Source: Lama guanicoe (lineage: Eukaryota). From it: 64,000 nucleotides of DNA. The stretch is from the NCBI GenBank assembly GCA_013239625.1, contig MU054098.1, positions 961,568-1,025,567 on the forward strand, read 5' to 3'. The notes below the pieces were generated by a model. It ran no database searches. It was not told the DNA's origin and was given only the letters and a program-made list of their open reading frames with translations. Shown piece after piece: positions 51,195 to 63,808 of this stretch (position 1 is the stretch's first letter; every line of letters starts with the position of its first letter). The position numbers and the translations under genes are program-made.

Positions 51195-54100
51195 TTATTA
51201 TTTTTATTGAAATATAGTTGTATTAGTTTCAAGTGTACAACATAGTGATTCAATATTTTATAGATTATATACTCCATTTAAAGTTATAACAAAATAATAC
51301 TGATATGTCCTTGTGCTATACAATTATCCTGTTGCTTATTTATGTTACACATAGTAGTTTGTATCTCTTGATCCCCTACTCCTATCTTGCCTCTCCTTCC
51401 TTCCCTCTCCCTACTGGTAACCACTAGTTTATTCTCTATATCTGTGAATCTGTTTTTGTTTTGTTATATATGTTCATTTGTTTTATTTTTTAGGTTCCAT
51501 ATATAAGTGAAATCATAGAGTGTTTGTCTTCCTATTTGACTTATATCACTAAGTATAATACCCTCTAGGTCCATCCACTTTATTGTAAATGGCAGGATTT
51601 CATGCTTTATTATGTACGAGTAATATTTCATTATATACATACATACATACATACATACACACACGTCTTTATCCATGTGTTGATGGATGACCTAGGTTGT
51701 GTCTATATATTGGCCATTGTCAGTAATGCTCCTATGAACATTGGGTTGTATGTATCTTTCTGAATTAGAGTTTTCATTTTCTTCAGATATGTACCCAGGA
51801 GTGGAGTTGCTGGATCATATGATAGTTCTATTTTTAATTTTTTTAAGGAAGCTCCATACTGTTTTCAATAGTGGCTTCACTAATTCACATTCCTATTACA
51901 GTGTAGGAGGCTTACCTTTTCTTCACATACTGGCCAACATTAGTTATTTGTAGGCTTTTTGATGATAGCCATTATGACAAGCGTGAGATGACATCTCATT
52001 GTGGTTTTGAGTTGCATTTCTCTAATGGTTAGCAATGTTGAGCATCTTTTCTTGTGCCTGTTGTCCATCTGTATATCTTCTTTGGAAAAATATCCATTCA
52101 GGTCTTCTGCCTTATTTTATAGTTTCAGGTCTTACATTTTGGTCTTTAATCCATTTTGAGTTTATTTTTTTATATGGTAAGAAAATGTTTCAATTTCATT
52201 CGTTTACATGAAGCTGCCCGGTTTTCCCAGCACCACTTATTGAAGAGACTGTCTTTTCCACATTGCATATTCTTGCCTCCTCTGTCATAGATTAATTGAC
52301 CGTAAGTGCATGGGTTTATTTCTGGACAGTCTATCCTCCTGTTCCATTGATCTATGTGTCTGTCTTTGTGCCAGTACCATACTGTTTTGATTACTATAGC
52401 TTTGTAGTACAGTCTGAAGCCAGGCAGCATGATTCACCCAAATGTTCTTCTTTTCAAGATTGTTTTGGCTATCCAGGGTCTTGTGTGTTTCTATACAAAT
52501 TGTAACATTTTTTGTTTCAGTTCTGTGAAAAAAAAGTCATTGATAATTCTATAGGGATTGCACTGAATCTATATATTGCCTTGGGTAGGATAGCCATTTT
52601 AACAATATTGATTCTTCCAACCCAAGAACACAGTGTATCTATCTTTCCATCTGTGTTATCTTCAGTTTCTTTCATCAGTGTCTTGTAGTTTTTGGAATAC
52701 AGGTGACTTACCTTGTTACATAGGTTTATTCCTAGTTATTTTCTTTTTGATGTAAAAGTAAATGGGATTGTTTCCTTAATTAATTTTTTCTGATATTTTG
52801 TTAGTGTATAGAAATGCAACAGATCTCTGTATATTAATTTTGTATCCAGCAACTTACTGAATTCATTGATGACTTCTTGTAGTTTTCCAATGGCATCTTT
52901 AGGATTTGCTATGTATATTATCATTTCATCTACAAACAGTGATAGTTTTATTTCTTCTTTTCCAATTTGGATTCCTTTTATTTGTTTTTCTTCTCTGTTT
53001 GCTGTGGCTAGGACTTCCAAAACTACGTTGAATTAAAGTGGCTAGAGTGGGTATCCTTGTCTTGTTTCTGATCTTGGAGGAAATGTTTTCAGCTATTCAC
53101 CATTAAGTACCATGTTAGCTGTGGGTTTGTCATATATGGCCTTTGTTATGTTGAAGTATGTTCCCTCTTTGCCCACTTTCTGTTGAGTTTTTAATCATAA
53201 ATGAATGTTGAATTTTATCAAATGCTTTTTTAGCATCTATTGAGAGGATCATACAGTTTTTATTCTTCAATGTGTTAATGTGGTATATCACATTGATTGA
53301 TTTGTGGATATTGAAATTTTCTTATGTCCTTGGACTAAATCCAACTTGATCATGATATATGAGCATTGTTGGAGCTGATTTGATAGTACTTTGTTGAGGA
53401 TTTTTGTATCTATATTCATAAATAATATTGGCCTGTAATTTACTTTTTTGTGATATCTTTGTCGGGTTTTTTTCAGGGTGATGATGGCCTTAAAGAATGA
53501 GTTTGGAAGTGTTCCTTTGCAATTTTTTGGAATACTTTCTGAAGGATATAGGTATTAACTCTTGTCTAAATGTTTGCTAGAATTCACCAGAGAAGCCATC
53601 TGGTCCTGGACTTTTGTTTGTTGGGAGTTTTAAAATTCTGATTCAATTTCAGTATTGGTAATTGGTCTGTTCATATTTTCTATGTCTTCCTAGTTCAGTC
53701 TGGAAGATTGTACCTTTCTGAGAATTTGTCCATTTCTTCTAGGTTGTCCATTTTATTGGTGTATAGTTGCTCATAGTAGCCTCTTATGATCCTTTTTATT
53801 TCTGTGGTGATGACTGAAACTTCTCCTTTTACATTTCTGATTTTATTGATTTGGGCCCTCTTTTTTTTTTTTCTCAATGAGTCTGGCTAACGGTTTATCA
53901 ATTTTATTTACCTATTTAAAGAAACAGCTTTTAGTTTCATTAATCTCTTATACTGTTTTTTAAGTCTCTATTTCATTTATTTCTACTCTGATGTTTATGA
54001 TTTCCTTCCTTCTACTAAATTTGTGTTTTATTTGTCCTTTTTCCAGTTCCTTTAGGTGTAAGGCTAAGTCATTTATCTGAGATTTTTTCTTGTTTCCTGA

Positions 54101-55169
54101 GCTAAGCTTGTATTTCTAAGAACTTCCTTCTTAGAACTGTTTTGCTTTGTCCCAGAGGTATCGGATTGTTGTGTATTTGTTTTCATTTGTCTCTAATTTT
54201 TTTTTTATTTCCTCTTTGATTTCTTCAGTGATCCATTGGTTGTTTAGTAACACATTCTTTTGCCTCCACATGGTTTTGCTTTTGCAGGTTTTTTTTCTTG
54301 TAGTTTATTTCCAATCTCATACCACTGTTGGTTAGAAAAGATGCTTGATATGATTTTTAATTTTCTTAAATTTACTGAAGCTTGCTTTGTGGGCCAGCAC
54401 GTGATATATTCTGGACAATGTTCCATGTACACTTGAGAAGAATGTGTATTTTGCTGCTTTTGGATGGAATGCTCTATAAATATCAATTAAATCCATCTCG
54501 TCTAATGTGTCATTTAAGACTTTTATTTTCTTACTGAATTTCTGTCTGATCTGTCCATTGATGTAACTGGGGTGTTACAGTCTCCCCCCCATTACTGTGT
54601 TACTGTCAATTTGTCCTTTCATGTCTGTTAACAGTTGGCTTACATATTGAAGTGGTCCTATGTTGGGTGCATATATATTTACAATTGTTACATCTTCTGG
54701 TATTGATCCCTTGAACATTATGTAGTGTTCTTGTCTCTTATAATAGTCTTTCTTTTAAAGTCTATTTTGTCTGATAGAAGTATTGCTACTCCAGCTTTCT
54801 TTTGGTTTCCATCTGCATGGAGTACTTTTTTCCTTCCCCTCACTTTCAGCCTGTATGTGTCTCTAGCTCTGAAGTAGGTCTCTTGTAGATAGCATATATA
54901 CGAGTCTTATTTTTGTATTCATTGAGACAGTGTATGTCTTTTGGTTGGAGCACTTAATCCATTTATATTTATAGTTATTATCAATACATATATTCTTATT
55001 GCCATTTTGTTAATTGTTTTGAATGCACTTTTGTAGGTCTTTTTCCCCTTCTTTTTGTTCTCTTTTCTTATGATTTGATGACTATAGCATTATATTTGGG
55101 TTCTTCTTTCTTTTTGTGAGTATATCTATTACAGATTTTTGGTTAGCAGTTACCATGAAGTTTTGGTAT

Positions 55170-55205
<36 letters not shown>

Positions 55206-57432
55206 GATTAATTTACCACTCTCTTATTTTCAAATGCATTTTAGACACCCTGCATTCATACTCTCCTCCTCTCACGATTACTGATTTTGATATCATATTT
55301 TACATCTAATTGTTCTGTGTATTCTTTTAACTCCTTATTGTGGATACAGATGATTTTACTACTTTTGTCTTTTAAGTTCCCTATTAGTTTGTGTGTGGAT
55401 GATTTCCTACCTTTACTGTATGTTTGCCTTTACTGGTGAACTTTCTCATTTTTTAATTTTCTTGTTTCTGGTTGTGGTCTTTTCTTTTCTACCTAGAGAA
55501 GTTCCTTTAGCATTTGTTGTAAAACTGGTTTGGTGGGGCTGAACTCTTTTAGCTCTTGCTTATCTGTAAAGCTTTTGATCTCTCCATCAAATCTGAATGA
55601 GAGCCTTGCTGGGTAGAGTATTCTTGGTTGTAGGTTTTTCCCTTTCATCACTTTAAATATATCGTGCCTCTCCCTTCTGGCCTGCAGAATTTCTGCTGAA
55701 AATTCAGCTGATAGCCTTTTGGAGTTTCCTTGTATATTATTTGTTGCTTTTCTCTTGCTGCTTTTAATATTTTCTCCTCATCTTCGATTTGTGTCAACTT
55801 GATTACTATGTGCCTTGGTGTGTTCCTCTTTAGGTTAAACCTGTTAGGGGCACTCTGTCTCTGTGCTTTCTGGGCATACGTGACTGTTTCTTTTCCCTAT
55901 TTAGGGAAGCTTTTAGCTGTTATCACTCCAAAAACTTTCTCAGATCCTTTCTCTCTTTTTCTGGGACCCCTATAATGCAAATATTAGTGCACTTCATGTT
56001 GTCCCAGAGGTCTCTTAAACTGTTCTCATTTCTTTCTTTCTTTTTTTTTTAAACTGTTCTCATTTCTTTTCATGCTTTTTTCTTTTTTCTGTTCTGTGGT
56101 AGTGATTTCCACTACTCTGTCTTCTAGCTTACTGATCTGTTCTTCTGCCTCATTTAGTCTATTCTTGGTTCCTTCTAGTGTATTGTTTATTTCAGTAATT
56201 GTATCCTTCAACCCTGCTTGGTTGTTCTTTATATTTTCTCTTTCCTAAAAACTTCACTCTGTGCATCTATTCTCCCCCTGAGTTCTCTCAGCATCTTCAC
56301 AATAATTACTCTGAACTTCTTTTTTGGGTAGATTGCCTGGAATATATTTCTCTGCTGCCTCATTTTCTCTAAATTTCTAGTTGTATGTTTATGTAGGCTA
56401 GTTATATTTCTTAACCTTGGAGAGTGGCCCTCTGTATGAGATGTCCTATGTGTCCCAGCAGTGCACTCCTCTCTCATCACCCAAGGGCCAAGGTCCAGCT
56501 GGTCCCAGGGTAGAGTCTGGCCTGTGTTTCTGGACTCCTTCCACAGACTGTGGGATTGTTGTTTTCTTACTTCTGGTGTCTTCGCCCTGGTGAATGAGGC
56601 TGGAATAGAGGCTTGTGCAGGTTTCCTGGTGGGAGGGGTTGGTACCTGCCCATTGCTAGATGGAGCTGGGTTATAGCCCTCTGGTGGGCAGGGCATGTCT
56701 GTAGACTGCTGTGGGCTCAGGAAGTCTGCTGATGGGTGGGGCTGTGTTCCCACCCAGTATGTTGTTTGGCCTGAGGCTTCCCAGCACTGGAGGCTCCAGG
56801 CTGCTGGGTGAGGCTAGGTTTTGGTGCTAATGACCAAGCAAGATGTCAGCCTCCAGGAAACCTCATGTTGATGAGTACTCCCCAAATGTCTGCCACTGGC
56901 TTTTGTGTCCCCAGCATAAGTCACAGCCACACCTCATTTTCACAGGAGACTTTCCAAAACCAGCAGGCAGGTCTGGTCCAGGTTTCTAAGAAATCACTGC
57001 CTTTGCCCTTGGTCCCCGTGCACGTGATATTCTGTGTGCACTTCTTGAGAGAGTGAAGTCTCTGTTCCCACCAGTTCTGTGGAGGTCCTGCAGTTAAGCC
57101 CCACTGGTATTCAAAACTAGATGCTCTGGGGACTCCTCCTTCTGGTGCTGGACCATGGGGCTGGGGAGCCTGATGTGGGGCTCAGAACTCTCACTCTTGT
57201 GGGTCACCCACTCAGGAAGTGGAGGAGCTGATTTTATCATGAGCATGCCCTTCCTACTATTCCGCTGTGGTTTCCACTTTATGTTTCCATTTGAAGAAGG
57301 TCTTTTTTGGTAAGTTTCAGTCTTTTTTTTTTTAAATTAATAGTTGTTTAGCAGTCAGTTGTGGTTTCGTAGTGATCATAAGAGGAGGTGAGCTGATGGT
57401 CCTATTACTCTACCATCTTGACTGGACCTCCC
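51195..57432 (-). mobile_element. Near full-length degraded LINE-1 (5'UTR, ORF1, spacer, ORF2, 3'UTR)
   Basis: 5' start ...CAAGATGGTAGAGTAA on the minus strand near 57420. ORF1 (NRLNEAEEQISKLEDRVVEI), RT (IKLSLFVDEMIIYIANPK) and ORF2-end remnants. 5'UTR colinear with 26150-27600. Many stops and frameshifts. Confidence 0.9.
55175..55202. repeat. (TA)n microsatellite in the L1 inter-ORF spacer
   Basis: Directly visible. Confidence 0.95.
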
Positions 57433-57636
57433 TAGATTTCTCTTGTTTTTTTGATGTAGGCCTATATTGCTATAACCTTCCCTTTAGGACTACTTTTGCT
57501 GCAGCCCATAGATTTTGGAAAGTTGTGTTTCCATTTCCATTTTTCTCAAGATATTTTTTGATTTCCTCTTTGATTTCTTCATTGATCCACTGGTTATTTA
57601 GTAGCATGTTGTTTAGTCTCCCCATGTTTGTGCTTT
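57433..57636 (-). mobile_element. LINE-1 ORF2 fragment abutting the 5' end of the previous L1
   Basis: Colinear with 54080-54275 ('atttcctctttgatttcttca...gatcca...tggtt...tttagta'). Confidence 0.8.
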
Positions 57637-57639
57637 CAC

Positions 57640-57745
57640 CCAAACTCCTTATTTTAGATATGATGAAACAGACCTAAGGAGGGGAGTCTATATACCAAAG
57701 GTCACACCGGTGAGTAGTGGTAGTAATGTTACACTCCTGATTACA
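57640..57745 (-). mobile_element. MIR core fragment
   Basis: 'ttattttagatatgatgaaacagacc...ccaaaggtcacac...agtagtgg'. Confidence 0.45.
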
Positions 57746-58149
57746 ATTCTTGGGCCTCTGTTTCCCAATTATTTTATATGATGTTCTTTTTTTGAAGTAT
57801 TTTACAAAGCAAAACTATCATCTAAAAATTGGTATTTCTAAATAAATTAAAAACTAAAAATGAATTAATCCATATGAATATAATTTCTAAGGAAAAATTA
57901 TTTTGATATTGAAAAATGTTTATTTCCCTTGAAAATATCATACTCTGTTTAGGCTATTTTCTTGCCACAAGCTTTACTATTCCAGATGATGCGGAAGGTT
58001 ACTTTCAAGATAAATCCTGGTACTACAAATTTCTCTCTTTCTCTCTCTCTCCTTCTCCTGACAAAATTATAGAGGATAACTTAATTATACTTCTCAGTTT
58101 ATGATACATACTTATCACTAGCCTAGTCAAAGCTTTGTTCATCTTATTT

Positions 58150-59200
58150 GTTTGTACATTTTCCTATTATCGTCTATCTTGACTCATAATCCCTACTGTC
58201 ATGCATAAGGAACCACTGGTTAAACTATATCTTTTAATTTTGTACATGGTGTCTAGAAATCTTTAATTTCTAATTAATCAACTTTATACTTTGTTGCCTA
58301 TAGTTTATACTTTCGATGTTGTATTTAAGAAGACTTCACCTGCTCCTATGTCCCAAAGATAGTCTTTAAGATATTTTCCCATTAAATACATAGTTAAATT
58401 TGATATTAAGATCTTTGTTATTAAGATCTTTAATAGATGTAACTTTATATTAGGTGTTAAGCAGAGATTTAGGGTTTTTTTTTTTCAGATTAGTGAGCCA
58501 GTTTTCCCAAAAATCATCTTTTAAAAATCTATAATTTCTCCATTTATTTATAGTGTTCTCTTCATCTTTTTTTGTTTGCTTTTTGTGTGTGTTCTCTTTA
58601 TCTTAAATTGAGTTTACACACACATCACATCAGTCTGCCTCTGACTGCTCAATTCATTTTCACTGTCATTTTTTAAAAAATCTTTGGTCAATGTCATACA
58701 GATTTTTTTTATGACTAAGGGTTTAAAATATATATTGATATGGGTAAAGCATGTCTTCCTTCATTAGTCTTAATTTTTAAGACTTAAATAAAAAATCTTT
58801 ATTCTTCTATATAAATTTTATCACAAGTTTTTCATGTTCCTCAAAAAATTACAACTCAAATTTTGAAAGATATTTCCTTGAATTTGTAGATCAATTTGCA
58901 AATATTATGGTCATTAAAATATGACATCATCCCATCCAAGACCATGGAATACCTTTTTTAAAAATTTAGGTCATTTTCCGTGTCCTTTCTTATTATTCCT
59001 TGCTAATTTACTCTTTTTGTTGCTATTTTAAATAATATCCTATTTAAATTATATCATTTATTTATTTATGGTATACAAATGCTATATATTTTGTACTTTG
59101 CTCTTAAAATTGGCAACTGTTTAAAAATTATCTTATTAGTTCTAACAATTCCTCATTAATTATGTGTTCTTTCCTGATTTATTTCCAATGTGCAAGAACT
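58150..59200 (-). mobile_element. Ancient LINE-1 (L1ME-like) ORF2 fragment
   Basis: 'gccagttttcccaa', 'ttgaatttgtagatcaattt' and 'catcccatccaagaccatggaata' are antisense ORF2 motifs. Confidence 0.5.
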
Positions 59201-59310
59201 GCTTTTCTCAAAGGAGATGGATGTGTTCATCACCCATCAAAGTCTCATTCCTAGAGAATTATATTTGTAAAGATTTTATTTGCTAATTCCTCAAATACAT
59301 TTGTTGAGCA

Positions 59311-60008
59311 TTTTTATTAATTTTTTATTGAAGTATAGTTGATCTACAATGTAATGTTAGTTTCAGGTATACAGCAAAGTAATTCAGAGATTATACATAT
59401 ATATATATTCTTTTCCATTATATGTTATTACACAATATTGAATATAGTTCCCTGTTCTATACTGTAGGTCTTTATTGTTAGTACCTACTTTATATATATT
59501 TGTGTGTATCTCTTCATCCCAAACTCATCTCTCTCTCCCTCCACTTTTGCCTTTGGTAACCGTAAGATGTTTTCTATGTCTGAGTATGTTTCTGTTTTAT
59601 AAATAAGTTCATTTGTATCATTGTTTTAGATTCCACAAATTAGTGATATCATATTATACTTGTCTTTGTCTGCCTTTTTTAGTATGATAATCTCTAGGTC
59701 CATCCATGTGGCTGCAAATAGCATTATTTCATTCCTTTTTATGGCTGAGTAATAGTCCAGTGTATGTGTGTGTATATCATCTCCTTTATTCGTCCATCTA
59801 TTGATGGACACTTAGGTTTTTTCCATGTCTTGGCTATTTTAAATAGTGCTGCTATGAACATTGGAGTGCAATGTATCTTTTTGAGTTACTTCTCATCTTT
59901 TCCGGATGCCCAGGAGTGGAATGGCTGGATCTTATGGTAACTCTATTTTTAGTTTTTAAAGAAACCTCCATACTGTTCTCCGTAGAGGCTGCACTCATTT
60001 AATTTCCC
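59311..60008 (-). mobile_element. 5'-truncated LINE-1 3' end
   Basis: 'tttattgaagtatagttgat' terminus; minus ORF 59626-59811 (YYSAIKRNEIMLFAATWMDLEII...ICGI). Confidence 0.88.
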
Positions 60009-60009
60009 A

Positions 60010-60450
60010 ATATGCCAGTTGGGGAGTTAGAGAATCAGGCAAGCAACTACATTAAAGTAAGTTTTACAGTCATAAAGGAAGTAACAATGCTATAAGAGCA
60101 TATTGTAAGGGCAAGTAACCTGGGAAAGATTCTTGAAGGAAGTGTTTCTGCTAATATGTGAAGGATGCATAATTATTATTCAACCACAGATGGAGGAAGA
60201 GAGTAGTGCATGCAATATAAACTTCCTAGGGCAATATAATTTCCATGGGATTCATAGTAATGGAAACAATTTTATTATAACAATAATGCAGGCTGTGAAT
60301 ATTTGCACAAGATGAAATTGATGTTAGGAAGGGGTCAGATCATAAAATGTTTAGCAAGGGTTTTTATGGTGAGGACAATGGAGAGTTATTAACGTGCTTT
60401 TGATAAAGAATTGGCATGATTAGACTTATAATTTAACATTGGAATTACTC
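60010..60450 (-). mobile_element. L2 fragment (3' terminus at ~59285-59310, split off by the L1)
   Basis: 'aatgctataagagca...ttcttgaaggaagtg...ggggtcagatcataaa...caatggagagttatt...ggcatgattagactt'. Confidence 0.55.
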
Positions 60451-60729
60451 CCATTTGGAGGTAAAGTACATAATGTGGGCCTGTAGTAACTCCCCTTCCA
60501 GCACGATTTCTCAGTTAAGAATGTAAGGATTATGGTGTTTTGCCTAAGTCCATATAACAGAATGATTAAACAATACAGAAATGTTACTACAGCACAAAAC
60601 AAGATTAATGTATACAGAGTGTTTCCTGGGTTACTTAATTCAGTAGTATATGATTTTCATTGTTCTATATTAGCTACTCACAATTTTCTTGTTTCTAAAT
60701 TTACAAGATGGGTGAAACTCACACAGTAT

Positions 60730-61020
60730 TAGCCAAAGGCAGAGAGTTTCTCCTCAATGAATGACTACTGTATCAGGGAAGAAAATAATTTGAGAAGTTC
60801 CCTTGGAGACAATGCATTATATCTCATTGGCTACTGTTGGATCACATGCTCATTTACAGAATGACCAATCATGGAATGACTGATTATCTTAGACTAATGA
60901 AACTTCAATCACTGGGGCTAAGGAGGGAGGGAGGTCATCTTAGCACAAAAATCAGAATTCTATCAGCAATAAAGAAGTGAGTGTAGATTTGGGGTAAGTA
61001 ATGAATAGTATCTGCTGTAG
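60730..61020 (-). mobile_element. MaLR LTR fragment (MLT1K/L-like)
   Basis: 'atctcattggc...ggatcacatgctca...ccaatca...tgattatcttagactaat...aaaatcagaattctatcagcaa'. Confidence 0.5.
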
Positions 61021-62821
61021 TGAACCATAACCAAAAAGACCCCATGTAGTCTGACTCATGCGTGTTCTTCCATCCTCAGCTTCTCTCCAAACCTATCTAT
61101 ACTGGTATTCACTGTGTTCTAGCTTAGAGTCATTACACTTCCTGATTCCTTTGCTTAGGATATGGAGGAAAATGGTTGTGGGTAAGTAACCAACACTGTC
61201 TTCCCAGAGCCATTTTCATATCCTTTATTTCAAACAAGTTAACTGAGTTAGGAAGGAAAAAATAAACTGGCCCCCACCTTGACTTTCCCATTTCTAAGCA
61301 CCTCACTCTAATAATCTTGCTCATGATCTCTCTCATGCTCACCTACTATTTTATTTGATAGTGTTTTGTGTATTTTAATGCCTTCTTATATAGTACCTTA
61401 GTTGATTCTTATGCAAGAACCATAAGGTAGGGAGAAGAGCCCAGAGAGGTCAAGTGACCTATCCAGAGTCATCCACATGATTCTTGGATCAAAAATTACT
61501 TCACACAACTGACTCCTTAGGCATTGTTCTATCAATTCTTTCAATTTATCATTCACTGTTAACTCTGATCATACTCTCATTTCTTTCATGTGGGAAAAAA
61601 CTGCACTAATAGTAACAAGGTATGATTTGGGCCAAAGGGCTGAAAGAAACTATAGAAAAAGAGAATGAATTAAATTGAGAGGGAAATATAAGCCAAAATA
61701 TGTCCAATTCTCAGTATTCTGGCAGCAGGAAATCTGAGCCCACAGTCCAGTTAAGCAAGCTATTTGCATAAACCTCAGCAGGAAACTCCAGAATGGCTCT
61801 GCACCTCCTCCAAAATATTGGCAAATGGAGCTCTTTTGAAACAGGCAAACTAGGGCGCACTGGAATTAGGCTTCAGAGGATCATTCATTGCCTAACCAGT
61901 TTGCAGGGTAAGGCTGGAAGCCCAGCTGGTCTGCATACTGTATAGCCTGTATTGTACCACATGGCTGTGGACTCTGACATTCAGATATCCATTGCAACAT
62001 CCATTTTCATTGCAGTTTCCCCTACTAAAAAGCAAAAAGCAAACAGAAACAAAGAAATTCTCCTATTAACCAAAATCAGATACTAAAATGACCATTATCT
62101 TTTATCATGAAATATGCACTTTTATCTACCTGATTATTTCTTGAGGTACCACAATATGCTTAAAGGATCAGAACTGAGAAGTCATTTTAATTCAAATACA
62201 TTATCTGAAACAAACTGATCGTCTTTGTTTAAATGTGTATGCTTAAGTGTTGATGTCTAAATGTGCAGGTGTTATTTATTTTATAATTTCTATGTAGAAA
62301 ATGATTTTTGCTTTTTATTTTTTCATCCAAATGAAAATATGTCTAATAGGACATTTATAGGGTTATAAGTGAATCTAATCAGAAAGGTGAAATCAATATT
62401 ATGAATCTTATGTTCAGCTTCTTGTGCACTTACCAATGTACTACTTATTGTCTCCCTCAAGCCTCACACCCAATCCTACTTCCATCTTTACATTTGTTGT
62501 CTACATTATATTTATGTCAAAACATAGCTTACTATTAATTATCCTTTGCCATTGGATCAAATGCTTTGCCTTCTTTATTTCTGTTTTAGAGAATTTCTTT
62601 TTTTTCTAGAATTAATTATTTCAATGCCAATATTTAAGGGATGAAGTATTTAAAATGAAAATATTCAATGGAACAAAATAGTCTATAAATAGAACCATGG
62701 TTGGGTTTAATACTGAGCAAGGTATTAAATTGACCTAAGTTACAGTTTACTCATCAGTAAAGTGAAGATAATAGTACCTCTTTAAAAGGTCTTAATGATT
62801 GGGGTTTTCCCTTATGCTTCA

Positions 62822-63808
62822 TAAGTATTCAAACTCATCTTATAAGGCCAGCATTACCCTGATATTAAAACCAGACAAGGATACTACAAGAAAATTATAG
62901 GCCAATATCGCTAAAGAATTTAGATCAAAAAAATCCTCAACAAAATATTAGCAAACTGAATTCAACAATGCATTAAAAGGATGACACACCATGATCAAGT
63001 GGGATTTATTCCAAGGATGAAAGGATGGTTCAATACCTGCAAATCAGTCCATGTGATACACCACATTAACAAAGTAAAGACTAAAAAATCATATGACAAT
63101 CTCAATAGATGCAGAAAGAGCTTTTGACAAAATTCAACATCTATTTATGACAACAAAGTGGGTGTAGGTGGAACATACTTCAACATAATAAAGGCTACAT
63201 ATGACAAACTCACAGCTAATATCATACACAAAAGTGAAAAGCTAAAAGGTTTTCCTCTAAGATCAGGAATAGAACAAAGATTCCACTCTCATCACTCCTG
63301 TTCAAAATAGTACTGGAATTATTAGGCAGGTCAGTTTGAGAAGAAAAAGAAAGAAAAGGCATCCAAATCAGAATGGAAGAATTAAAACTATCTCTATTTG
63401 CACATGGCATATTATATAGAGAAAACCGTAAGACTCAACCAAAATGCTGTTTAAGCAATTTCAGTCAAGTTGCAGGATACAAAATCAGTATAAAAGTCAA
63501 TTTCATTTTATACATTGAAAACAAATAATCAGAAAGAGAAATTAAGAAAACATTTCCATTTACAGTTGCACCAAAAAGAATAAAATACCTAGGAACAAAT
63601 TTAACCAAGAAGGTGAAATATCTATATGCTAAAAATTATAAGGCATTGATGAAAGAAATTGAAGATGCCACAAATAAATGGAAAGCTATTTCCTGCTCAT
63701 AGATATCTTGGAGGAATTATATCTTGGAGGAATTAATATTATTAAACTGTCCATACTACTCAAAGCAAGCTAGATTCAATGCAATCCCTATTAAAATTCC
63801 AATGGCAG
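62822..63808 (+). mobile_element. LINE-1 ORF2 reverse-transcriptase fragment (degraded)
   Basis: Translates in pieces to [43 protein letters not shown] and IKYLGTNLTKKVK. Confidence 0.9.

Noticed and set aside
58404..58431. tattaagatcttt repeated with a 2-nt spacer
   Set aside because: Ordinary micro-duplication in a decayed L1; no functional implication.
63703..63734. 16-bp tandem duplication atatcttggaggaatt x2
   Set aside because: Small slippage duplication inside a dead L1 RT fragment.
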